Positions 1-12,125 of a DNA stretch of 64,000 nucleotides are shown here, one piece after another. Location: the NCBI RefSeq assembly GCF_009914755.1, contig NC_060925.1. One strand, given 5' to 3'. Position numbers and translations under genes: made by a program. Position 1 is the stretch's first letter. The number at the start of each line of letters is the position of its first letter. This DNA is from the human T2T-CHM13v2.0 reference genome, Homo sapiens. Under the pieces are notes generated by a model that worked only from the letters and a program-made list of their open reading frames with translations, did not search any database and was not told where the DNA came from.

Positions 1-787
1 AGGCATGTGGAGAATTTCTCAGAGTATTTCCGCAGCAACCAACTGGCATGAAGAATACTTTGCTGAAACATGGGGTTCAAAAGCAGGTATAGAGCTCCAA
101 ATCTGATTCTTCCCCACCAATTGCATGTTTGCCTTACTTGTATACATCTCTTTGTGTGTATATGTATGTATGTACATGTGTAAGTGGTATGTACACAACA
201 ATATAGTTTGGGAAGCTTTGTAACTAATCCAACTTTACTTACCTTTTCCTTTTTATCTTTTTCATTGAGAAGGATCTTAGCACCTCTTGCTCACGTACTC
301 TGTATTTCTCTTACTCTTTCCCTCTCTTCCTTCATCCCTCCCTAACTCACCTCCTCTCTACCTCCTATGCATCCACTTCACTATGGAAATGTTTTCAAGT
401 TCCACCCTCTTGACCGTCATTTGAAAGGAGAAAAATCCTCCATTTCAGCTAAGCGTGTGCCATGCATAGTGGTTACTATGGAAATACACAAAGGAAATAC
501 CTGAAAAGAGATGTCAAGTTGAAAAACAATATTTTCTTCAACCAAGGTGTACGGAAATGAAATGGGTTACTTTATAAAGCAGTATATTAGCTGTCACTGG
601 AAGTGTGTAGCATAAAGTTTAGACTACGTAATATTTTAGAACCACACCAGCAAAATGCCTACGGATAGGAATCCTACGTGCCTTTTCATCATAAGGCATT
701 CTCCCTAGGCTTTTTTCCCCCATCTTATTCTCAGAAAATTAATAAACTTCCCTATTTCCCCAAAGCACTGAAATATAAACTATTTTT

Positions 788-880
788 TTATTGATGGATG
801 TATTCAACAATATTTGTTGAGTACCTACTATGTACCAGGCATCGTGCTAGGCCCTGAGGCCACAAATGGAGGATAAATAT
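788..880 (-). mobile_element. L2 LINE 3' end fragment
   Basis: TATTCAACAATATTTGTTGAGTACCTACTATGTACCAGGCATCGTGCTAGG is the reverse complement of the L2 3' terminus. Confidence 0.7.
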
Positions 881-1647
881 TAAATTCCTGATAAATGCCT
901 GCCCCCTGGAGAGAGAAGGAAGAAATGGGAATTGTGACGTTAAGAAGGTAATGTTTTGTTTTTTGAAAAAATAGCTCTGAAGCAAATGTGAAAAAGCATT
1001 TTAAAATTTTGGTTTTTGATTACATGGGTGCTTTTTATATTATTATTGGTTCTCTTTTGCATTTTTCAATTAAAAATAGATTGTAAATAAAAGGGATTTT
1101 GTGACATTCATGTAAGGGGAAAACTGAAACATGTCTGAAGAATTTAGAAATATAGAGGTCTTTGGAGAGCCTACTCAGAGCTGGATCTGGAAAATGACGG
1201 GAGTGGGCATGAGACTAAAGTGTGCTGAGGAGTGAGGGGTAGAGGGGAGGAAAGGGGGAAGTGAGTTTGGACGTTAGAAAGAAAGGCTGGAAGAGGGATG
1301 TGGAAGAGGTGTATGCTCTTCATTGGGTAAGACTTGGGCATTTTTAACGCTAATAGAAAGGATTCAATTGAGATGTAGGGTCTAAATATGTAAGAGAAGG
1401 AAGGCGAAATTGTTCACAAGAAGATAAAGCAGAAGGGTCCAAAGCACAGAGAGAAGGACCAATGGCAGACAGGATGGACAACTTCTTTTCCTACAGTGAA
1501 AAGGAGCAACATTAGATTCTGATGTAGGTAAGTTTGTAGTCTTTATGGTTGAAAATTGAGGGTATTATTGATGGTTTCTTAAAGCAAATACATGCACATA
1601 CACATGCACACATACTCACATTATATATATGTATACATAGAAAACTA

Positions 1648-2000
<353 letters not shown>

Positions 2001-2149
2001 TCAGAGATCATCATGGTGGCTTAGTTCATTTGCTCCTTATTGCTAAAGTGACATCAAAATGCCACCTAACTACTGAAGTCTGATTTTCCTTGACTTCTAT
2101 CCATGCCAGGAACGCTAGTTACTGCTGTAGCCTGCTTTTTCTTTTGTCT

Positions 2150-2726
2150 TTATCATCCAAACATTTTCTTCATCTCTAAACCACTGTCCTGACGCAGGGC
2201 ATCTTCATTCCTCATCTAGATTATTTCAACAGTTTTCTAACATGTCTTTCTATTTCCAATACAGTTTCCACACTGTAACAAGAATTTTATTGCTAAAACA
2301 CAATTCTATTAATGAAATTTCCGTAACTAAAACTGTTCCATGGCTTTTTACTTTCTTTGAGATGAAAGGTTGCCTCCTAAAACCAACCTACAAGACACTT
2401 TGTAATCTGGACCCAACCTGACTTTCTCATCGTTCCTCATTGCAGATCCTCTCTCTAAATCAGACTGAAATTGTTCATCATTCCTTACATTTCACTATGC
2501 ACTCTCTTGTTTGTGGGTTTTTGTGTTTGTTGTTCCCTCCATCCAGTTTATATCCTCCTACTTCCTAACCTTCACTTGGATGACTGCTAATGTCTTCCTC
2601 AGTTCTCTTCTTAAATGTTATTCTTCCAGAAACTTCTCCTGATGCCCCAGGACTGCAATGGCTGCCTCTCAAACGGGCATCAAAATCATCCTGGCCACAC
2701 CCTATCATAGCATTCCTCTATCTTTA

Positions 2727-2760
<34 letters not shown>

Positions 2761-3313
2761 CTCTCCCTGAAGAGAGAGAGAGAGAGATAAAGAGATATGT
2801 CAATATATTGTGTTCCCGTCGTTCTCTGCTCATCTCTTCTTAGCCCGTAACACACTAGGTACAAGAATGGTCACTTGCTCTATGTTGTCAATCAGACTGC
2901 AACAAAAATTATATTGCTAAAATGCAGTATCCACAATTTACCACTGTGTTCTCAATATCTTGCACATATTTATTATATATAATATATGAACATATATTTA
3001 ATAGACATTTATGTAAAAATATATTTGATATATAAATTTATATACTTATATGTAAATATATTTACATATCATAAAGATGTGCTATATATATATATACACA
3101 TATATATACACAGAGAGAGAGAGAGAAAGCCTATGTTATATTTACCACTGTATATTTACCACTATGTGTGTTATACCACTGTATGTTATATGATATACCG
3201 CTGTATGTTATATTTACCACTATATTTACCACTGTATCACCAACATCTTGCACAGTATCTGGCTTATAATAAGCATTTTAAAAATTGTCAACTAAATGAA
3301 TGAATAAATAAAT
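2150..3313 (+). mobile_element. Degraded L2 3' region interrupted by microsatellites
   Basis: L2-like motifs (AAAACTGTTCCATGGCTT; CCTACAAGACACTTTGTAATCTGGACCC) and an L2 tail ending CACAGTATCTGGCTTATAATAAGC...TGAATGAAT. Confidence 0.65.
2728..2787. repeat. (CA)n followed by (GA)n compound microsatellite
   Basis: About 15 CA units, a short spacer, then a GA run. Confidence 0.95.
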
Positions 3314-3439
3314 ACATTTTTTACAAAAACTAAAACAGTCACTCAGGATGATCAAAGGTCTTTCCATCACCAAATAAATAAGTGGTAAATCTGAAACCTG
3401 AGCTCTCTGAAACCTCCTCCTCTCCTGTCTGTCTCCTAT

Positions 3440-3630
3440 CTTCTCTTCTCCTAATACTGTCTTACCCTAGGAGATGTCATCCACATGGCTAGCCATCTAT
3501 ATAGTGATGACTTACAAATGTGTATTTTCAGCCCACAGCTCTCTTTCGGACCTCTGAAGTCACACCCAGTGGTCTAGTCAACATTTCCTCTTGCAGAGAT
3601 TGTAAAGGTTTCAATCTTAACACCATGTGA
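3440..3630 (+). mobile_element. L2 ORF2 (RT YADD region) fragment
   Basis: CCATCTATATAGTGATGACTTACAAATGTGTATTTTCAGCCC resembles the L2 consensus around the YADD codons. Confidence 0.6.
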
Positions 3631-4384
3631 CTAATTCGGTCTCTATGATCAAAGCCTTATAAGAAAGAATGACTGGTTGACCCGACATGGACCAAGTGAC
3701 CGTTCTTGTTCCCAGTGTGTTGTGGGCTAAGAAGAGATGGGCACAGAATGATGGGAACGCAGAGCGAAAGGGCCCAACTCTACCAGGAGGGGAAGATAAA
3801 AACTCCTGAAGAAATTATACAAAAATAGAATACTTACAACAGAATTCTCAACATCATTTTTCCCTGTTTGAATCCAGCAAGTCAGCCATTGGTCACTTAA
3901 GAGCACTAACCCCTCCCTGGTTTGAAGATGTTCTTGACTTTAAATACAAACATCTGATATTCCAGCTTAGACTCCTCCACAAGAACTAGAGTGTCATCCT
4001 ATTTTGGCTTCCAGCTCAGTCCCTCTGCTACAAGTCTTGACTCCAGAACTCTGTGGGATAATAAAATACAAGATCATAGCTTGAAAATAGAGCGTGCATC
4101 TGGTGTGGTTTGTTGTTTTGGCTTAATTAGGACTTGCCGTTTCCTGAATTCCTGTAATCTCATTTGATGAATTGTGTTGGTTACTTGCTCTGCAGGCTTT
4201 GAGCATGTGGCACATATCAGAGGAAATGATTTCCCCTTTCTTCTTTGAAAATCATCTTCTGGTGCATTAAAAAAAGAAAGCCAATGTTTTTGGATTTCTT
4301 TAGCTGTCCATAGAATTACCAGTGCTGTGATAGACATTTACTTCTCTGGAGGAAGAAGGGCTTGGGTCCAGTGCATTCAGCTAC

Positions 4385-4930
4385 ACATTCAATTCAACAG
4401 GTTCTAATGTGCACCTACATGTGCAAGGCACAGTGGAAGTTACAGAGATGAGTAAAACATTTCTACTCTCCCAGGATTTCTCAAGCCAATTCAGGAGACA
4501 GATCCACTGACAAGTAACTAAAATGCAAGGCAGACTAGATAAAAGCTATAATAGAGATAATCATCCCTTTCATTTACTTATCTCAGTTTACTTTACAAAG
4601 AGCTTCCATACACATTACCTCATTTGATCCTCACAATGGCCCTGTGAGATAGGTGTTATTATCTTCATTTTAGAGTTATGGAAAACCAAGATTCAGAGAG
4701 GGTAAATATCTTGCCTACATTCTCACAGCTAGTAATTGGCATATAGATCTTTTGAATCCCAGTCCAGTACCATGGAAGGTCATAGGAGGGAGAGAATGAC
4801 TTCAGCAGAAGCAATAAGAGAAAGTCTCATGGAGGAGGTGGGGTCTGGGTTGGGCTTCTTCCTTCTGGAATCAAAGTGAAAAGGAAAGTAATTCCAAAGA
4901 CAGAATAAATATATGAGTAAAGAAATCTTA
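4385..4930 (-). mobile_element. L2 3' fragment split by a MIR
   Basis: CATTCAATTCAACAG...GCACCTACATGTGCAAGGCACAGTG; L2-like sequence resumes after about 4775 (GAAAGTCTCATGGAGGAGGTGG). Confidence 0.55.
4570..4770 (-). mobile_element. MIR SINE
   Basis: CATTTGATCCTCACAATGGCCCTGTGAGATAGG...ATTCAGAGAGGGTAAATATCTTGCC, the antisense MIR core. Confidence 0.8.
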
Positions 4931-5349
4931 TTGATGTGGAGGTGGGAGAAGAATACTAAGTAGTTTGGGTGTCTATGACTTGCCAGTTGATATAATCAAA
5001 ATCCATGGAACAGATATAAACTGAGCACTATATTATGTACTTGATTTGATTTTAGAAAACTGTTTTAATTCTCAAGGATTACTCAGCCAGGGGAAAAACA
5101 TACACATAAAACAAATGAGTCTAATACAAGAGCATATCTAAGTAGTAGCCCTATTGCAAAGTACAGATAAATGCCATAGGAGTAGGGTTTTATTTTTATT
5201 TATTTATATTTCATTTTACCATTATATTGATTGACTGCAGGGAAGGTAGTTTTATTATAAATGTAGAAATATTAAATTGCTCTAAAGAAATCAGTGTTTT
5301 AGGGAGACAGACATAGAGTTGGGGCTGAGAATGAGAAAGTGTTGAAAAG

Positions 5350-5550
5350 CTCTGAGTGAGTCAGGGCTCCCATGCTCTGTGGCCAATGAGTGTTCTCACG
5401 ATGGGTGTGGACTAATGATGCTGCCTAGCAATGCTTATTGGGCTTGAAGAGGGATTGGCGGGTTTAAGGAAGATGAGGTGAGCCCTCTGTGTGAGGTGCT
5501 GAGCCGCGCTGACTCATCCCACGCCAAAAGAAGCAACCCCATTGGAAGAA
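5350..5550. promoter_or_regulatory. Candidate promoter/enhancer motif cluster (NF-Y, AP-1, KLF)
   Basis: TGAGTCA 5357, GGCCAATGA 5381, GGGTGTGG 5403, ATTGG at 5437/5454/5541, GCTGACTCAT 5508; locally GC/CpG enriched. Motif evidence only. Confidence 0.35.
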
Positions 5551-6122
5551 GTGAAGAGAGAAAGTGGAGGAAGATTGAGCCTCTGGTGCCCAGGCAGGCA
5601 GAAGTGCAGCAGCTGGCTATCCACCGAGTCTAATGTCTTCCTGGCAGGATGCTGGCACACAGAACAACATGATTTCACTTAATTCTAACACCAAGTCTTG
5701 AAATACATTAAATGGGTATCATAAATGCATCTACAAGTAGCAAACCCTCTTAAAGGAGTTTAATAACCTACTCAGAGTCACACTTAATACCGTGACTGTT
5801 GAATTCTGCCAGAACCAGAATTCAAAACTAGATCTATTTGATCTATTTGTTAATACATATCAACTGTGTGTTAACAGAGTATCTACTTTATATTCACTTT
5901 TATCACAATTCATTAGTTTAATAAATAGTGTAGCAGACATGCTATGTGCAAATTCACAAAGTTGGGAGAAATTACAAAAAGTGTTGTAATCAGATTTGGG
6001 GAACTCAGTATGTGCATGTATGTGTGTATATTTGTTGAGGGGGTGTGTATAGACAGCAGTACCTAGGGGAGTATGTTTAGATAAAGAAGAGTTTTATTTT
6101 GGTTTTAAAATGAAAGATAACA

Positions 6123-6409
6123 GGCCAGGTGTGGTGGCTCATGCCTGTAGTCCCAGCACTTTGGCAAGGTGAGGTGGGTAGATCACTTGAGCCCAGGAGT
6201 TGAAGACCAGCCTTGGTAACATGGTGCAACCTTGTCTTTATAAAAAATACAAAAATTAGCAGGGTGTGGTGGCATACACCTATTGCCCCAGCTACTTGGG
6301 GTCAGGTGCTGGGGTGAGAGGATTGCTTGAGCCCAGGAGGTCAAGGCTGCAGTAAGCCATGATCCACGCCACTGCATTCCAGCCTGGGTGACAGACAAAG
6401 ACTCTGTCA

Positions 6410-6442
<33 letters not shown>

Positions 6443-6460
6443 AGGAAAAAGAAAGAAAGA
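6123..6460 (+). mobile_element. Full-length AluJ
   Basis: GGCCAGGTGTGGTGGCTC start, AluJ-type CACTTGAGCCCAGGAG and GAGGATTGCTTGAGCCC, A/GAAA tail, degenerate TSD GAAAGATA(A/C)CA. Confidence 0.95.
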
Positions 6461-8050
6461 TACCAAGAGCACATTTGTGTCCCCACGGGAGTAGGCAAAG
6501 GAGAGTAAAAGAATGGTGACAGGAGGAGGGTGAAGACTAAAGGTCAAAGTTTCAAAGAAGGTCAAAGGGATGGGACCCAGAGCACAGGAGGGAAGGACGG
6601 ACCCTTCCTCCACCACAGGGAAGAGAAGCAGGAGGCAATAGGAGAGATGCAGGTGCCTTTTGTGAAACTTGCAACGTCTGCCTTTACAAAACAAGGTCTG
6701 TTTTTATATGGTCTTTTTGGTCCATTTGCCATTACGCACTTTTTTTTTTTTTACAGCTTTATTGAGGCATACTTAACATAAAATATACTGTACATATTTA
6801 AAATGCACAATTTGATAAACTTTTACTTACACATACACCCCTGAAACCATTGCAACCATCGAGAGCATGAACATAACCATCAACCACCTGAGTTTTCTCA
6901 TGTCCCTTTGTAATACCATCTTCCAAGCCTTCCCCAGCCCCACCCCTCCCAGGCTAACACTGATCTACTCTCTGTCACTATAGATCTATTCGCATTTTCT
7001 AGACTTTTCTATAAATGGAATCCTACCACATATACTATATTTTGTCTGGCTCCTTGTGCTTAGCATAATTCTTTTGCGATTCCTCCATGTTGTGTGTGCA
7101 TCAATCGTTCATTCTTTATGTATTGCTAAAAAGTATTCCAATGTATGAATAAGCCACAATTTGTTTATTCACTCACCTGTTGAAAAATGCCTGGATCATT
7201 TTCAGTTTGTTAAATAAAACTGCTATGGACATATTCATGTACAAGTTTTTGTCCAGATATATGTTTTCATTTCTCTTGGCTAAGTACCTGAGAGTGAAAT
7301 GACTGGAACATATGGTAGGTATATGTTTAACTTGGAGTAAAACTGCCAATTTTCTTCCAAAGTGGCTGTACTCTTTCATGCTTCCACCAACCACATTCTA
7401 GTTCTTCCACATCCTTGCAAGCACATGATATGAACAGTTATTTAATATTGTAACCATTCTGATAGATGTGCAATCTTATCTCACCATGATTTTAATTTGT
7501 AATTCCCAACTAATAAATAATATTGAATATATTTCATGTGCTTATTTACCATCCATGTATCTTTTGTGGTAAAATTTTGCTCAAGTCTTTTTTCCATCCT
7601 TTTTTTAAAAATTGAGTTTTAAGAGTTCTTTACATGTTCTGAATACAAGACCATTAACAGATATTTTACTTGCAAATATTTTCTCTCAGACTATGGCTTG
7701 TCTTTTCATTCTCTTAATAGTGTTTGTCACATAGTAATAGTTTTTCATTTTTATCAAGTTCAAATCATCAAATTTTTATGATTTGTGCCTTTGGTATAAT
7801 ATCTAAGAAATATTTGCCTTACCCAAGGGCACAATAATTTTTCTCTTTTTCTTCTTATAGGGAATTTACAGTTTTAGTTTTACATGTAGGTATATAATCC
7901 ACTTTGAGTTAATTTTTGTATATGCCATAAGTTGTGAATCTAAGTTCACTGTTTTGCATAGGAATAACCAGCTATTCCAGCAGAATTTACAGGAAAAACT
8001 ATTCTTTCTCCATTGAATTACCCTTTCACTTTTGTCAAAAATCAATTGAT

Positions 8051-8356
8051 GACTGGGCACGGTGGCTCACACCTGTAATCCCAGTACTTTGGGAGGTCAA
8101 GGCAGGTGGATCACTTGAAGTCAGGAGTCCGAGACCAGCCTGGCCAGCATGTTGAAACCCGTTTCTTCTAAAAAATGCAAAAATTAGCTCGGCGTTGTGC
8201 CGGTCATCTGTAATCCCAGCTACTCAGAAGGCTGAGGCAGGAGAATCACTTGAACCCAGGAGGTGCAGGTGGCAGCGAGCCGAGATTTCAGACTGCACTC
8301 CAGCTTGGGTGACAGAGTGAGACTCCATCTCAAAAAACAACAACAACAACAAAAAA
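8051..8356 (+). mobile_element. AluS with (CAA)n tail
   Basis: Complete dimer; TSD AATCAATTGA at 8040-8049 and 8362-8371. Confidence 0.95.
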
Positions 8357-8656
8357 CCCACAATCAATTGACTATATATGTGGCTTTACGTCTGGACGCT
8401 GTTTCAATGATCTATTTGCCTACCATTTCAGCAATGCTACTTCATCTTGATTTTCATAGCTTTAAAATAATTTTTAAAGTCAGGTAGTAGGATAAGTCCT
8501 CCAATTTTATCTTTTTCATAGTTGTATTGGCTATCCTAGGTCCTTTGAATTTTCATATAAATGTTAGAATCATCTTGACAATTTCTGCAAAAATATCTAC
8601 TGGGACTTGAACGGGATCCTATGGAATCTATACACCACTTTGGGGAAAATTGACAC

Positions 8657-9860
8657 CTTTTTTAAATTTTAGTTTGAAATAATTATTGGTTTACAGGAAG
8701 TTGCAAAGATGGTACAAAGAAATACAGATGCCCTTCAGTCTGTTTACTCAAAGGTATTTATTTGTTCAATGTGTGTGTGCAGTTCTATGCCTTTTTATCA
8801 AATGTAGGTTTGTGTAACCACTATCACAGACAAAATACAAGACTGCTCATCACCACAAAGATCTCCCTTGTGCTACTCTTTTATGCTCTTACCCACCTTC
8901 CTCTCCATCGTTCCTAGCCTCTGGCAACCACTCATCTGTTTTCCGTCTCTATAATATTTTTGTTTTAAAAATGTTATATGTGGATTATATATAACATTTA
9001 TGTTATATATGGATTTATGTTATATGTGGATATATATAACATTTATATATAACCTTTGAGACTGGCTTTTTACACTTAGCATAATGCTTTTGAGATCCAT
9101 CCAAGTTGTTGCATGCATCAATAGTTCATTCTTCTTCATTGCTGAGTAGCATTCCATGGTCTGGATATACCACGGTTTGTTAAACCATCCATCTATTGAG
9201 GGTTATTTTGGTTGTTTATGGTTTTTGGTCATTACAAATAAAATTGCTGTGAGCAATTGTGTACATACAGGTTTTTATACATATGTACATACTTGTTTCT
9301 CTGAAGTAAATGCCCAGGACTGTAATTTCTTTCCTTTTTTTACCTTTTTGTTGTTGTTGTTGTTGTTGTTGTTGTTGAGACAGAGTCTCGCTCTGTTGTC
9401 CAGGCTGGAGTACAGTGGCACAGTCTCATCTGACTGCAACCTCCACCTCCTGGGTTAAAGCAATTCTCCTGCCTCAGCCTCCTGAGTAGCTGGGACTACA
9501 GGTGCATGCCACCATGGCTGGCTAATTTTTGTATTTCTAACAGAGATGTGGTTTCACCATGTTGGCCAGGCTAGTCTCAAACTCCTGGCCTCAAATGATC
9601 TGCCCACCTCAGCCTCCCAAAGTGCTGGGATTACAGACATAAGCCATCACACTCAGCCACAGGATTGTAATTTCTGAGTTGTATGGTATGTGCAGGTTTA
9701 GTTTTGAATGACTTCTACTAAATTCTTTTTCAGAGAGGCTGTGACATTTTTAAATTCTTATCAGCAATGTATGAGAGGTCCAGTTTCTTTACATCTTTAT
9801 CAGAATGGGGCATTGTCACTTTTTTTTTTATTATGTTAGCTATTCTGATAGGTATGTAGG
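8657..9860 (-). mobile_element. L1MC/L1MD-like 3' fragment nested in the older L1
   Basis: A second L1 3' end (TTTGAAATAATTATTGGTTTACAGGAAGTTGCAAAGATGGTACA); host ORF2 stops at GAAAATTGACAC and resumes at TTAACAATATTGACTCTTCC. Confidence 0.8.
9331..9658 (-). mobile_element. AluS with (TTG)n tail
   Basis: Complete antisense dimer; 16-bp TSD CAGGA(C/T)TGTAATTTCT at 9315-9330 and 9660-9675. Confidence 0.96.
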
Positions 9861-10523
9861 AGACATACCTATCATTTTAACAATATTGTAACATTTTAAC
9901 AATATTGACTCTTCCAACCCATCAATACAGTGTATCTTCATTAGGTCTTCTTTAATTTCTCTCAGGAATGTTTTTGTAGTTTTCAGTGTGCAGATATTGA
10001 ATATCTTTTGTTAATTTAATTCATAGGCGTGCCACATTTTTGTTGCTATTGGAAGTATCATTTTTAATTTCAATTTTCAGTTGCTCATTGCTAGTATATA
10101 GAACTACAATTGATTTCTGTATATTACTTTTGTATCCTGCAAACTTTTTAAACTCAGTTATTAGTTCTAGTATATTTTTGTAGATTTCTTTAGATATCTA
10201 CGTAGACTATCATGTTATCTGCAAATAAAAACAGTTTTACTTCTTTCTCCCCAACCTGAACACCTTTTATTTTATTTATTTCTTTCCTTATCAAACACTG
10301 ACTAGAACTTCTAGTATAAGATGGAATACAAGTGGTTGATGGCAGTCATCCATGCCTTGTGGCTCATCCTAGAGTTAAAGCATTCAGTGTTTTACTGTTA
10401 TTGAATTCATTGTAGGGTTATTATAGATGCCAGTTACTAGGTTTAGGAGGTTTTTTCTCCTACTACAGTGCTGAGAATTTTATAAGAAAAGAGTATTAAA
10501 TTTTGTCGAAAAATTTCTCTCAC

Positions 10524-10582
10524 CACTCATTTTACTGAGGTGGTCTGAAACCAAACTTACAATTATCACCAAGGTATGCCTA
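10524..10582. mobile_element. Tigger1 terminal fragment (orphan end)
   Basis: TTTACTGAGGTGGTCTGAAACCAAACTTACAATTATCACCAAGGTATGCCTA followed by TA matches the Tigger1 end ...GGTGGTCTGGAACCGAACCCGCAATATCTCCGAGGTATGCCTG. Confidence 0.7.
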
Positions 10583-11384
10583 TATAACAACAATAAGACA
10601 GAAAAAATTCTATCAGTACTATAAAGAATTGGGTTTAGTTGCTGCTTGCCTATGGCGACCTACATAAATCATTCTGCAACTAGATATAGTATTTGAATTG
10701 CCAATGCTATCATCACCCATTTCTGGTAAGGGTAGAGGCATGATATAGGACAGGAGAAAACCATTCTCTTTAAAAAGTTTAATTTTTAGTTCTACTCCCC
10801 AAGTTATTATAGGAGATTGATTGGCTATGCAACCCACCTACAGAGAACAGCAATTTTTACTACAGCCAAGAAGGAAATAAAATTGTTTCTCTAGGCCCTC
10901 CATGCTATTGAAAGGGGATACATTGTATTTAGAAGTTTGACCTCTGGTAGATGTACCAGGCACAAAACCATTACAGACTAAAGAAAGATTTGATGGATGC
11001 CAAGAACTTAGGAAGGAGAGCTGCCTTGAAGCAATAACACTATGTCATGTTCCTTGCATACTGAAAAAACTTTCATCAAACTATTTTGTGAGACTTTTTG
11101 ATTTTTCTGCAGTTCACTCTTATAACTCTTTGCAAGGCCAAGGTAAGATATGCCCACACTTGAAGATTCTTCCTAAGAGTTTTCCAAATCAGAATTTTTC
11201 CCAATTCCTCTGGCACATTCTACTGATCATCCACTTATCACCTGACTCCTATTGAAGTACAGCGTTCATTAGTCAGAAGAACGCAGGATTGGGGAAGATC
11301 TTAGAGTTATTCATTTACTCCTTGGCATTCTTCCTGTTCTGTATGCCAACTGATGTTCTGTGCACTTTGTATGATTAACTCACT

Positions 11385-12050
11385 TAATCATTAATCATTT
11401 AATCATTCCAATAACATTTATTGAGCTCATACCAAGCTTTTACAATATATTAGGACTAATGCTTGCTGTAAAATAGCCCTTCTGTCAAGGAATCCACAGT
11501 AAGTTAGGTGAGGTAAACATGTAACACAATGTCTTATAATTACCTCTTTAAAAGCAATGACTAATTATGCAAAGAAAAATACAGAATGAGGGAGGAAGGA
11601 TACCTAATCTAGGAGACAGGAAAGAGGGAACATGTTAGGAAGAGCTTCCTGAAGGTGCCATCTGAGTGCTGAGTCTCAAGCAAGAGCCTGTAGAATGGAG
11701 TGAGGCTGTGATGGGGCATGGTGGGTGGGGAGAGGGGGCAGGACATCTCAAGCAGAAAGGAGAATGGGAACAAATGCACAGAAGCAATAAAGACAAGATC
11801 TATGAAAGCCACGACCAGCTTCTTGTTGCTAGAGCATAAGGATTGAGACAGGCAGTGCAAGAGAGAAGGCTGAAGCTATGGACGGGGTTAAGTGAAGGAG
11901 CATAGTCTTTGACCTGCGTAGACAATGGAAATCCACTGAAGAATTTTAATTAGGGGATAAGTGGTCAGATTTATATTTTATATGTTTCATATAGCTTAGA
12001 TAGTCTGGTGGCAATGGAGGGAGGTGCATAACTGGAAATGTACAATCAGG
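11385..12050 (-). mobile_element. L2 fragment
   Basis: CATTCCAATAACATTTATTGAGC tail; GGAAGAGCTTCCTGAAGG; GGAAATCCACTGAAGAATTTTAA...GTCAGATTTATATTTTA. Confidence 0.7.
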
Positions 12051-12125
12051 ACATTTGTACTATTAGAATTATGAACTTCAGCATAATATATATTCATATT
12101 ATTAATGTAGTAAACTGTTTTATAG

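Larger units (their letters stand above)
6740..10510 (-). mobile_element. Old L1M (L1MB/L1MC-like) 3' UTR plus ORF2 3' part; hosts two Alus and a nested L1
   Basis: Poly-T then CTTTATTGAGGCATACTTAACATA...; antisense ORF2 motifs up to about 10510; the ORF-track peptides YTKINSKWI and PTICSSHFTLRY are L1-derived. Confidence 0.88.
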
